Shown here in pieces: positions 18,198 through 26,877 of a stretch of DNA of 64,000 nt (within the stretch, counting starts at the first letter, position 1; each line of letters opens with the position of its first letter). The position numbers were made by a program, and so were the translations under genes. Under the pieces are notes generated by a model. That model did no database searches, was not told where the DNA came from, and saw only the letters and a program-made list of their open reading frames with translations. Location of the stretch: assembly GCA_040769645.1 (NCBI GenBank), contig JAXGKP010000002.1:10754-74753 (forward strand), given 5' to 3'. This DNA comes from Anaerolineaceae bacterium (GTDB lineage: Bacteria > Chloroflexota > Anaerolineae > Anaerolineales > Anaerolineaceae).

Positions 18198-19343
18198 TCA
18201 GGGGCGAACCAAACCCTTGGTGCTGACACCACTGAACTCAGACAGGTTCTCGATGGAGTCATACATCAACTGTAACGCGTATCTCGCGTTGTGAATGTAC
18301 GCAGCCGGATCCTTGGTAACGAACATCAGGTTGTAAGCCGCTTTGAGCATGCGGGGGGTGAAGGCTTTGAACTGATTCATGTATGCGGCTTCTTCTTCGC
18401 TAATGGTTCCGTCACCGTTCGTGTCAATGAAGGCGTATGGGTAGGCCATGGGGTTGAAGCCGAAGGTCGCGCCGGATTTGGCGGTGGAGTAGCCTGCGAG
18501 CGCTTTAACCAGAATGGCTTTCATGCCTTCGATTTCATCGTAGGTGCTCTCCACGGTCCCGTCACCGTCGTAGTCAACCTTTGCCAAAGAGATTTTCTTG
18601 TAATCCTGGTAGCTCTTGACATCGGAATGGCAGGTTGAGCACAGGTTGGCATCGCTGCCGGGGATTTTCTGCGTGTGCAGGCTGTGGGGGTCGTGGCATT
18701 CCGTGCAGGAATTCACAGGTTCGGCGTGCTTGAATGTACCAACATAGGATTTGCCTGGATATTGGAAGCCCATGCCGCCGTCAGCCCCAGCCATGGTAGC
18801 GGCCGCAGCCAAATAATGGTCAGCCATCATTTCCTGATCGGGCATGACATCATCTTCAGCCACACCCTTGACGGCATCGGTTACGTCCTTAGAAGAACCC
18901 AGACCGCTGTGGCAGGTGGCGCAAATCGCGCTCTTGCCAAGACCGGTCAATTGTTTTCCGTTGCCCAGGGTGGCGGCGTCCAGTTTATCTGCCGCATCGT
19001 TATGACATGCCGCGCAATTAATCGGATCCATCACCTTACCGGGCGCGTCAACTTTTCCAGCCTCGGAGCCATCGGCGCCCAGATAATCCCGGAAACCGGT
19101 GGTGCTGTGGCATTTTGCGCAGTACGTGGGGATTTCCTTAGGGTCTTCCGTGTTCCAATGATTAAAGGCATACGAGGACGCATCAGCATGTGCCGAACCA
19201 GCCCATTTCGCAGAAAAAGCATTCAGCTCCGCGGTAATTTCTTCAGCTGGTTCTTCAACTGCTGCTTTGGTAGTGCATCCGACCCAGGCGACCAGGGCCA
19301 ACGCGACTACGGCCAACAAAACGAACAACGTGCTCTTTTTCAT
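18198..19343 (-). CDS. pentahaem c-type cytochrome lipoprotein with EF-hand-like Ca-binding loops
   Basis: Signal/lipobox LVAWVGC. Five CxxCH motifs (CAKCH, CAACH, CATCH, CTECH, CSTCH). DTNGDGTISEEE is a canonical EF-hand loop, and DYDGDGTVES is a second, weaker one. Confidence 0.85.
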   Translation of the reverse strand: MKKSTLFVLLAVVALALVAWVGCTTKAAVEEPAEEITAELNAFSAKWAGSAHADASSYAFNHWNTEDPKEIPTYCAKCHSTTGFRDYLGADGSEAGKVDAPGKVMDPINCAACHNDAADKLDAATLGNGKQLTGLGKSAICATCHSGLGSSKDVTDAVKGVAEDDVMPDQEMMADHYLAAAATMAGADGGMGFQYPGKSYVGTFKHAEPVNSCTECHDPHSLHTQKIPGSDANLCSTCHSDVKSYQDYKKISLAKVDYDGDGTVESTYDEIEGMKAILVKALAGYSTAKSGATFGFNPMAYPYAFIDTNGDGTISEEEAAYMNQFKAFTPRMLKAAYNLMFVTKDPAAYIHNARYALQLMYDSIENLSEFSGVSTKGLVRP

Positions 19344-19391
19344 AAACCTCTCCAGTAATATTAAAGATATTTACGATATTAATCGGACATA

Positions 19392-19435
19392 ATTATAAAA
19401 CTAAGTGCCTGTTTGTCAATGTGATAAAAAGCACA
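19392..19435 (-). promoter_or_regulatory. sigma-70-like promoter with an adjacent CRP/FNR-type half-palindrome, upstream of the cytochrome gene
   Basis: Minus strand reads TTGACA (19419-19414), 16 nt, TATAAT (19397-19392). Immediately upstream lies TGTGA-N6-GCACA (19420-19435), one mismatch from TGTGA-N6-TCACA. Confidence 0.4.
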
Positions 19436-19445
19436 AATCGACCAT

Positions 19446-19607
19446 TTAATTTGCATTTTCCAAATGCGGTTGAACGCTGTCTTTTTTCAAAGACGCGAGA
19501 GCCCGCCCGATCTTCCGGCTTTGCAAAAAAAGAATCACACAATACGCTGCCAGAAGCCCAAGAATGACGGCATACCCGGCAATAAAATAATTCAAAGTTT
19601 GCGCCAT
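19446..19607 (-). CDS. ccmD: CcmD-like small haem-exporter subunit (53 aa)
   Basis: Below the ORF-track cut-off. GGAGAATGAGATA precedes the ATG. MAQTLNYFIAGYAVILGLLAAYCVILFLQSRKIGRALASLKK... has a single TM helix and sits in the expected position directly after ccmC. Confidence 0.5.
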   Translation of the reverse strand: MAQTLNYFIAGYAVILGLLAAYCVILFLQSRKIGRALASLKKDSVQPHLENAN

Positions 19608-19611
19608 TATC

Positions 19612-20322
19612 TCATTCTCCCCAGTCGTAATCGCTGTCTACGGCAGCCATTTGTTGATTGAGTTCCTCCTGCTGTGCCATCAAGCGGGCTCGCTGCAGCA
19701 GCAGAGCAATGTATAAGACCGTAAACGCCGCCAAGGATATAAAAAGCGTAGCCACCATTTGCGGGTTGAGGTTCATCTCAGTTTCACCACCTCCAAAGAC
19801 CACCGGATGAATCGTGCGCAGCAAACGGGCGGAGAAAAAAGTAAGCGGCACGCTGATAAATCCAATAATTGCGTATACAGCGCTGAAACGGGCTCGTCGA
19901 GCCGGGTTGTCCACTCCCCTGCGCAGCAGAATGAACGCGATGTAGGTGAAAGCCATGATCGTGACCGTGGTCAGACGCGGGTCCCAGGTCCACCAGGTAT
20001 TCCAGATAGGACGCGCCCAAATCATCCCGCTAAGAATGCAAATAATGGTAAACAACAGCCCGACCTCCACGCTTGCCGCGGTCAGGGTATCCCACTTCAG
20101 ATCCTTCCGCGAGAGGTACAGGATGCCAAACGCCGCTGCCGCGAGAAATGCCAGCATTCCCACCCAGGCAGCGCTCATGTGGAAGTAAAAGACTTTCTGG
20201 ACCAGACCCATGGTTTGTTCTACCGGCGTGAAAAAAAGCACCCGAACGAACGCAAACAGGACCAGCGCAAATGCCAGAATTGAAAGGTACGACAAGAATT
20301 TATTCCTGGATGACATATTCAA
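19612..20322 (-). CDS. ccmC: haem exporter/haem lyase subunit CcmC
   Basis: WWD motif WNTWWTWDPRLT, polytopic, 236 aa. Confidence 0.88.
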   Translation of the reverse strand: MNMSSRNKFLSYLSILAFALVLFAFVRVLFFTPVEQTMGLVQKVFYFHMSAAWVGMLAFLAAAAFGILYLSRKDLKWDTLTAASVEVGLLFTIICILSGMIWARPIWNTWWTWDPRLTTVTIMAFTYIAFILLRRGVDNPARRARFSAVYAIIGFISVPLTFFSARLLRTIHPVVFGGGETEMNLNPQMVATLFISLAAFTVLYIALLLQRARLMAQQEELNQQMAAVDSDYDWGE

Positions 20323-20974
20323 ACACCATGATTGACAGCATAGTAACTACGGCGTCATATACCAACAGCAGGTTGAGCCAGCCGTTGATATCCTGCCCGG
20401 CTACGGAGCCAAGCAGCACACCACAGGATTTTACCACTGCCATATTAACCGGCAGCAGCAGCGGGAAAAGCAGGACGGGTAAAAGCAGGTCCCGCATGCG
20501 GGTTTGTACGGTCATGCTGGAGATAAGGGTGCCAGCCGCGCTGTAACCCCAGGCACCCAAAGCCAGCACGCCAAAAAACGCCCAGTTAAACAGAGACTGA
20601 TTATAGAGAATGGAATAGATCGGGATGACGAGCACAGCCAAAAAGACCATCATCAAAAGGTTGGTGAGCAGCTTCGCGAAATAAATCGCGGAAAGATCCG
20701 GCACCGCCATGATGAGCCCTTCAAAGCAGCCTTGGTCCTGTTCGGCGGTAAAGGAGCGGTTCAAACCGAGCGTGCCCGCGAATACCATCACCACCCACAC
20801 GATTCCGGGGGCAATTTCCGACCGGTTTATCGGCGAAAGCTCCAGCGCGTAATTAAAGATGAACAGCGAGAGCACCGCGAACGCCAACATGGAAGTGAGG
20901 ATATCGCGGCTGCGCCACTCCTGGAGCAAATCTTTCCAGACCAAAACGCGCACGGAGTGAAGCCAGGCTTTCAT
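20300..20974 (-). CDS. ccmB: haem exporter permease CcmB
   Basis: 224-aa six-helix membrane protein between ccmA and ccmC, with overlapping stop/start codons on both sides. Confidence 0.8.
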   Translation of the reverse strand: MKAWLHSVRVLVWKDLLQEWRSRDILTSMLAFAVLSLFIFNYALELSPINRSEIAPGIVWVVMVFAGTLGLNRSFTAEQDQGCFEGLIMAVPDLSAIYFAKLLTNLLMMVFLAVLVIPIYSILYNQSLFNWAFFGVLALGAWGYSAAGTLISSMTVQTRMRDLLLPVLLFPLLLPVNMAVVKSCGVLLGSVAGQDINGWLNLLLVYDAVVTMLSIMVFEYVIQE

Positions 20975-21699
20975 AACCGCTCCATCAGGGGCTTTTTTTC
21001 AGCGCCAAGCGCCGTGCTGTATTGTTCCTGCAAAGCGTCCAGGCTGACCCCGGCGTTTGGAAACTCAGCGGCAATCCTGCCGTGATGCAGGATAGCAAAG
21101 CGCGTGGCAATCTGACGGATGAAACTCAGTTCGTGCGTGGTCAGCAGAATCAATTTGTTGCGGGCGCTTTCTTCCTGTATCAACTGGTTCAACATACCGC
21201 AGCCCTGTTGGTCGAGCCCGGTATAGGGCTCATCGAACAAGAGAATTTGCGGGTCACATAAGAGCGCCCGCGCGATGGTCAGGCGCTGTTTCATCCCGCG
21301 TGAAAAGGCGCGGACCGGAATCGGGCGGGTTTTTCCCAACCCGACCCTGCTCATGAGCCTGTGTAAATCCCCCTCGTCGAGCGCAGTTTCGTAAAGACGG
21401 GAATAGAAGCGCAGATTCTCCATTCCGGTCAGGTGCTCATATAAGAATGGTTGGTGCAAGATTATTCCAATGTTTCGGCGCAATTTCAGAATGTTTTCGT
21501 CCTCCGCTTCAACGCCGAATAGTACCTTGCCGCTGTCTGGTTTCTGCAGCCCGCTGAGCGTACGGATGAGGGTGGTTTTCCCGGCTCCGTTTGGACCCAA
21601 AAGGCAAACAACCTCCCCCGCGTCAATGGACAGGTCCAGCCTATCCAAAACGCGCTGCGCGCCGTACGCTTTAGAGACCTGCCGCGCTTGTAGTCTCAA
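20971..21699 (-). CDS. ccmA: haem exporter ATPase CcmA
   Basis: ABC ATPase with GPNGAGKTT, FSRGMKQRLTIA and LLFDEP. Confidence 0.8.
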   Translation of the reverse strand: MRLQARQVSKAYGAQRVLDRLDLSIDAGEVVCLLGPNGAGKTTLIRTLSGLQKPDSGKVLFGVEAEDENILKLRRNIGIILHQPFLYEHLTGMENLRFYSRLYETALDEGDLHRLMSRVGLGKTRPIPVRAFSRGMKQRLTIARALLCDPQILLFDEPYTGLDQQGCGMLNQLIQEESARNKLILLTTHELSFIRQIATRFAILHHGRIAAEFPNAGVSLDALQEQYSTALGAEKKPLMERL

Positions 21700-23710
21700 G
21701 AGTATCCTCCATCAGCCGTGTTTCCTCATCCTGATCCCCGCGTTTGCCGGGCAATGTGACAGCCAGCGCGCCGCCCAAGGTCATGAAAACCCCGCCAATC
21801 CACATTAAGTTGACCAGAGGGTTATCGGACAGGCGCAAAGTTATATAAGGAACATCAATGTCGTAGCCAGCCAACAGAGTATAGACATCTCCCTGCAGGG
21901 TGGCACGCGCGTCTGGGATGGTGATGTACTGTTGGCGGTCCGGATAGATGTGCTGCGCCGGGCTCAGGCGCGCGATTTCTTTACCGTCTTTATAGAGAAT
22001 CGTTTCAGCCTTGACGGTCTTGTACTCGGGATTTTCATAACTTTCGTTCACGGAGACAAACTCAATCTCGTAGCCGCGCAGGGGCATCTTTTCCCCGGGC
22101 AGCATAGTTCCCTCAATACTGGCCGAGAGATTTCCCATCCCGATAACCCCAAGGGCAATCAGAAGTATGCCGGCATGAACCAGCCAGGCGCCGTAGCGCG
22201 CGCGCTGATTCCACCAGAGGTTCGGAAAACGCTTTAAACCAACCGCTTTCGCATCCAGTGCGGTCAGGTAAATCAATGTGGTCAACCCCAGGATGACGAT
22301 AAAAACCCCTCCAAGCGCCCAAACCTGACGCACGCCGCTCAGGAAGACCGCCAATAGGCCCAGCCCGCCGGCGCTCAGTGGAATCCAAAACTTTTTTCCG
22401 AATTGCTTGAGTCTGGCAGCATTCCAACCCACCAGGGGGCAAACCGCCATCAGAACCACCAGCAGCGCGAAAAGCGGCGTGGTGCTGCGGTCATAAAATC
22501 CTCGATGCAGGGTCATCTCAACCCCGGATAGCGCGCCTTTAGCCATTGGGTAGAGCAGCCCCCACAGACAAATCAGTACAAGCGCGATCAGGATAATGTT
22601 GGTATAGAGAAATAAGGCTTCCCGACTGAAAGCCGAACCAAATTTCCACTCGCGGTCGAGCGCTTTCCAGCGCCACACCAACAAAATAGTCGAGCCAATT
22701 AACAGAATCAGCAAAAAGCCGAGCAGAGGGAGAGCGATACTGCTTTCTCCAAACGCGTGCACCGAGCTGACCAAACCCGACCTTGTGACAAAAATGCTGA
22801 AGACAACCAACAAATAGCTTAGCAGAACGAGCAGCAAATTAAAGCGTTGGAATATTTTTTGCCGCCTTTCCAACAGTAAGCTGTGCAGCAGCGCGGTGCT
22901 GGAAAGCCAGGGCAGCAGCGAGGCGGTTTCGACGGGGTCCCAGGCCCAATACCCGCCCCACCCCAATACATCATAAGACCACCAACTGCCCAGGACAATC
23001 CCGGCGCCAAGGAAGACCCAGGCGCCCAAGAGCCAGGCGCGGGATTGGTCCAGAAGCTGATCACCCTCAACGCCGCGGATGAGCCCAGAGATGCCTAAGG
23101 CAAATGGGACCAGATAGAGAGCGTAACCGATATAGAGCAGCGGTGGATGGATGACCATGCCGGGATGCCGCAGCAAAGGATTCAGGCCCATACCATTGTT
23201 AAGTTTTTCAACAAGCGCGCCCACCCCAGGCGCGAACAGACTTGTAGTCAGGCTGCCATCAGCCAGCGTCCAAATGCGGGTAAAAGGGTTGTCTGCCACG
23301 AGAGATAACCCGAGAAACAGGATTTGGTTTAAATTAACGACAAGAAAAGACCAATTATCCAGCAAAGGTTTCTTACCGGAAAGCGCCAAAAAGGCGCATA
23401 ATGAGACTATCCAACTCCAGAAGAATAGTGAGCCGGTCTGCCCGCCCCACAGGGCTGTAAGTTTGAGGATCCACGGCATCGCCGGGTTGATAACCGAGAC
23501 GACATGCATATTGGTGTAATCTTGTGTTACCTGCATGATCATCAGAGTAAGCAGCGCGGCGCTGTGAGTAAAGAAACCTAGTTTGGTCAGCAAAACAGCC
23601 GCGCCAGGCAGCCGGGTTTGTTTGCGAATTAGGGCAACAATCACCAAAACCAGCGCCACAGCGCTGGCAGCCATGGCGAAAGAAGACGTCAGAAAACCAA
23701 GATAGAACAT
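21671..23710 (-). CDS. ccmF: cytochrome c haem lyase subunit CcmF
   Basis: 679 aa, polytopic, WWD motif WGGYWAWDPVETASLLPW. Confidence 0.9.
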   Translation of the reverse strand: MFYLGFLTSSFAMAASAVALVLVIVALIRKQTRLPGAAVLLTKLGFFTHSAALLTLMIMQVTQDYTNMHVVSVINPAMPWILKLTALWGGQTGSLFFWSWIVSLCAFLALSGKKPLLDNWSFLVVNLNQILFLGLSLVADNPFTRIWTLADGSLTTSLFAPGVGALVEKLNNGMGLNPLLRHPGMVIHPPLLYIGYALYLVPFALGISGLIRGVEGDQLLDQSRAWLLGAWVFLGAGIVLGSWWSYDVLGWGGYWAWDPVETASLLPWLSSTALLHSLLLERRQKIFQRFNLLLVLLSYLLVVFSIFVTRSGLVSSVHAFGESSIALPLLGFLLILLIGSTILLVWRWKALDREWKFGSAFSREALFLYTNIILIALVLICLWGLLYPMAKGALSGVEMTLHRGFYDRSTTPLFALLVVLMAVCPLVGWNAARLKQFGKKFWIPLSAGGLGLLAVFLSGVRQVWALGGVFIVILGLTTLIYLTALDAKAVGLKRFPNLWWNQRARYGAWLVHAGILLIALGVIGMGNLSASIEGTMLPGEKMPLRGYEIEFVSVNESYENPEYKTVKAETILYKDGKEIARLSPAQHIYPDRQQYITIPDARATLQGDVYTLLAGYDIDVPYITLRLSDNPLVNLMWIGGVFMTLGGALAVTLPGKRGDQDEETRLMEDTLETTSAAGL

Positions 23711-23732
23711 AGAGGGTGCCTCGGGGTTTGCG

Positions 23733-24218
23733 TTAGTTGGGCTTATCGGGCAAATCAGCTTCGTATTTTGATGGACATTTCAGGAGCAGTTCGCTCACCT
23801 GAAAAACGCCATTTTTGTCCAGGGCGCCGGTCATAATCGCCTGGGCTTCGTCTTTCAGAAGGTCGGGCCGGGGTCCTTTGTAATGCACGGTCATCTTTGG
23901 CAGGTTTGGGTCATGCGCAGCCTGCGCGAGCACTACCGACATCCCACCCATTGCTTTAATGAGCTTGTGGTCACCCGGAATCTGGGCGACTTCAAAGCTA
24001 AGGTCCAACGTTTTTGGGTCATAAGAAATCGTATCGCCCAGCACAACCCCGGAAACGCGAAGGTTTTTTCCGACGAGTTCGGCTTGACCGGATTTCAGTT
24101 CCTCAACCGTCATAAAGTATTGCGACTGTGACAAAGTGGAACTGATAACAAGGTATAAGAGCGCAGCTGTAATCACCACAATGCCAATGATAAGCTTAAT
24201 ATTTTTCTTTGTTTTCAA
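23733..24218 (-). CDS. ccmE: haem chaperone CcmE, variant with Cys in place of the haem-binding His (CxxxY)
   Basis: The ORF track extends to 24383, but a TTG at 24218 preceded by GAGGTG gives MKTKKNIKLIIGIVVITAALLYLV (membrane anchor) plus an OB-fold region (NLRVSGVVLGDTISYD). The C-terminal motif is LLLKCPSKYEAD, with the CPSKY codons at 23763-23777. Confidence 0.8.
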   Translation of the reverse strand: MKTKKNIKLIIGIVVITAALLYLVISSTLSQSQYFMTVEELKSGQAELVGKNLRVSGVVLGDTISYDPKTLDLSFEVAQIPGDHKLIKAMGGMSVVLAQAAHDPNLPKMTVHYKGPRPDLLKDEAQAIMTGALDKNGVFQVSELLLKCPSKYEADLPDKPN

Positions 24219-24383
24219 GTAATTTAACACCTCAAATAAAATGGGCTTTATTGTAGTTGATATTATACATTTATGGGTGTCAACCCATATCCGTGTAGAC
24301 CTCTGAAAACAGTTCCGCGGCCCGCCCTTGCCCATTGAAGGCGGCGCTGGAACGCGCCCCAGGTCAAATCGCTTTTCGCGCAA

Positions 24384-24402
24384 GAATATGTCATTTTGAG
24401 AC
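24384..24402 (+). repeat. orphan copy of the 33-bp repeat core found at 29268-29422
   Basis: AATATGTCATTTTGAGAC lies in non-coding DNA between the parB terminator and ccmE. About 20 of 23 nt are identical to repeat 3 of the array. Confidence 0.7.
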
Positions 24403-24572
24403 TATAGTTTTTTGCAGGAATGCCTATGCGCATTATTCGTCGTTCAGCGGAATGCGCTTACCCGGGCTTTCAGTAGCTCCGGCCTACCGATACACCCGAT
24501 ATCCCGCACCCACTCTCAGTTTGTACGCAATGGGTTGAAAGAATACTCGTTCCAGCCAGAATGGGTAAATAA

Positions 24573-24605
24573 AATGACCGCGCTGGGGTTTCCAGCGCGG
24601 TCATT
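24573..24605 (-). terminator. rho-independent terminator after parB
   Basis: AATGACCGCGCTGG-GGTTT-CCAGCGCGGTCATT (14-bp perfect stem), followed on the minus strand by TTATTTACC. Confidence 0.7.
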
Positions 24606-24624
24606 ATGCCTTCAGAATTTAGCC

Positions 24625-25767
24625 CTATCGCAGGCTGCCCAGGCGCTGTTTAACCGCCTTGGTTAACTCCTCCAGATGCGTCATCAGGCGTTGGACCTCT
24701 TCTTTGTCGGATTCACTGACCAGCGCGTCCGCAAGGGAGCCGATTTTGTCATCCTGCGGCAGTTCATCCACGTTCAACAAAACGCGTTTGAGTGAGCGCG
24801 CCGATTTGGTCGCCGGGTCAGCTGGCAGTCGTACCGCGCGTTGTTTTTCGCGCCCGCAAGCACGTTCCAGGAAGGAATGCACATCCTGATAGGTGCGTCC
24901 TTCGTGTTCCGCGTAGTATGCCACCGCGCCCGCCCAGTATTGCGGGTCGTACGCCATAATTTCTCTTAACACTCTTTCCGGCATCTCGGCCCGGTCGCAG
25001 ATTTCCAAGAGGTTTTCCGGCAGTTCAAAAAACTTCATCAATCGTCCGTAGTAGGTGCGTTCCAGCTGCAGGGTTTTCATCAGCACATCGCGGGTCTCAT
25101 CACTCAGGCGCACCTCACCAATTTTCCGAAAGAAAGCAAACTCATCTTCCTCATTTCCGGGTTTGATGTTATTTGCCTCCAAGACCATACGAGCCGCCGC
25201 GCGTGCTTTGCCCACCGGAGTCAGAGCCTTATAGGCCATATTCTCCGCGATTTGCTTCTCGAGACTGGGCTGATTGTCAATCAGGGCGAGCACGTACGGT
25301 TCCTCTTCCAACCCTTCGCGCACCGACTTGAGGGCGGTGGCCCAGAACCGTCTTTCGCCGGTCAGCATCTGGAATATGTCCCTGCCCTGGATGTTGATTA
25401 CCTGCCCGGTAACCGGTTTGATTTGCCCGGTATCGTGAAGGGAGTCCCCCAACGCGATAAGTTCTTCAATTTCGCGTCGGATAAGTCGGTCGTGTTCAGC
25501 CAGCTTAAGCCACCTGCGCACGGTCTCCGCCCATCCGGCTTTTTGGGAAAAGAAATCTTCCCGCAATTCATACGGCAGCATAAAGCGCGCCTGAAAACGG
25601 TCCGGCCGGATCATGGAAAGCGGCACGCGGTATACACTTTGCCGGTTGTTCACCATCTTTGGAGCATCTTCCGGGTAAGACGCCTCAGATTCAGCCGTGC
25701 TGGCTCCAAACGCGGTGGTCGTAATATTAATTAAATCTCCAAAACCTTTTTTCTTTGGTTCAGCCAT
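24625..25767 (-). CDS. ParB/Srx-family N-terminal-domain protein (atypical ParB, 380 aa)
   Basis: VPLSMIRPDRFQARF plus the arginine-patch-like LTGERRFWATAL. AAAGGAAG RBS. Directly downstream of parA. Confidence 0.75.
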   Translation of the reverse strand: MAEPKKKGFGDLINITTTAFGASTAESEASYPEDAPKMVNNRQSVYRVPLSMIRPDRFQARFMLPYELREDFFSQKAGWAETVRRWLKLAEHDRLIRREIEELIALGDSLHDTGQIKPVTGQVINIQGRDIFQMLTGERRFWATALKSVREGLEEEPYVLALIDNQPSLEKQIAENMAYKALTPVGKARAAARMVLEANNIKPGNEEDEFAFFRKIGEVRLSDETRDVLMKTLQLERTYYGRLMKFFELPENLLEICDRAEMPERVLREIMAYDPQYWAGAVAYYAEHEGRTYQDVHSFLERACGREKQRAVRLPADPATKSARSLKRVLLNVDELPQDDKIGSLADALVSESDKEEVQRLMTHLEELTKAVKQRLGSLR

Positions 25768-25804
25768 TTTACAGCTTCCTTTCTAACTTTCTCGCTTTCC
25801 AAAC

Positions 25805-25820
25805 TGTGCCCATGGGCACA
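25805..25820. repeat. 16-bp perfect palindrome TGTGCCCATGGGCACA (copy 1), candidate parS-like site
   Basis: Located in the 87-bp parA-parB spacer. The 22-nt block CAAACTGTGCCCATGGGCACAC is identical to the one at 28015-28037. Confidence 0.6.
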
Positions 25821-25854
25821 CCCTCCGGTTTTGTACACGCTGCTCGCGTTCAGG

Positions 25855-26685
25855 TTATGCCTGCCCTAATTTACCCAGGACGGCATCCACCAGATTTGAA
25901 AAACAGCGGTAGGCTTGCGACTTTTCGGGACAATACGAAAACACATCAAACCCCGCTGTCGTTGCCGCCGAAATCTCCGCCAGATCTTTGATGTACGGCA
26001 AAAGCAGGTGCCCATACATGCGTTCCATATCGCCGATTACATCACGGGATTGCCGTCGGATCATCCGAAACCGGGAAGGAATAATTCCCAGAATTTTTAG
26101 GTCGGGATTGGTGTTTTTATGGACGCCTTCAATCATTCTCAGAATATCTGCCAACCCAATCAGACTTAAGCCGTCGGGTTCAATTGGAATTAAAACATGG
26201 GTGCTTGCCACCAGCGAGTTCATGGGCACAATCCCGGCTGATGGGGGGTTGTCGATGATGATGTAGGAGTATTCGTCCTTAATGGATTCCAGGAAATACG
26301 TCAGCTGGAAAGCAGAATCTTCACGGGTTTTCAAAGCGGCTTCCAAGCCTTCCATGCGGGTCTTGTTTGTGCGGAAAAGGCGGACCTTATCTTCACGCTT
26401 GCGCGGCAATAAGGAGTTGCTGATAATCGATTCAGAAGCTCCATACCCGTTTGCCAGGGCGTTCGGAAAGTTATTCTCCGCCGTGATCAGCGGGACAAAT
26501 TGGTCGTCCAATCCGCCTCCCATCGCGGTGATTGTGGCGCTCAATTGATCATCCATATCAATCAGCAACACCGGCCTGCTGCGCGCCTTGCGGGATTCGT
26601 AGATTGCCAGCCCAGCTGCCAGGTTGATGCTGATAGTGGATTTTCCGACGCCGCCCTTCCGATTAATCAAAGATATAATTGCCAT
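25855..26685 (-). CDS. parA: ParA/Soj-family partition ATPase
   Basis: Deviant Walker A NRKGGVGKSTISINLAAG, 276 aa, AAGGAG RBS. Confidence 0.88.
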   Translation of the reverse strand: MAIISLINRKGGVGKSTISINLAAGLAIYESRKARSRPVLLIDMDDQLSATITAMGGGLDDQFVPLITAENNFPNALANGYGASESIISNSLLPRKREDKVRLFRTNKTRMEGLEAALKTREDSAFQLTYFLESIKDEYSYIIIDNPPSAGIVPMNSLVASTHVLIPIEPDGLSLIGLADILRMIEGVHKNTNPDLKILGIIPSRFRMIRRQSRDVIGDMERMYGHLLLPYIKDLAEISAATTAGFDVFSYCPEKSQAYRCFSNLVDAVLGKLGQA

Positions 26686-26783
26686 AAGCGCTCGCGCTCC
26701 TTTTCCATGAAATCAAGCTCTTAGTTATTTTACATTACTTTTTGTCTTTTTCAAGTTATTCCTGAATATTGATTGTAATTTCC

Positions 26784-26812
26784 TTCTCAGTTACCTAAAG
26801 TGAGCATATAAT
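26784..26812 (+). promoter_or_regulatory. candidate promoter in the AT-rich divergent region
   Basis: TTCTCA, 17 nt, TATAAT, about 65 nt upstream of the AAA+ gene. Confidence 0.3.
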
Positions 26813-26877
26813 ATTATGCACTTGACTTAATTCAACGCGCATGCTAACCTGTTAGTACATATAAGGAGCCGCAGCCT

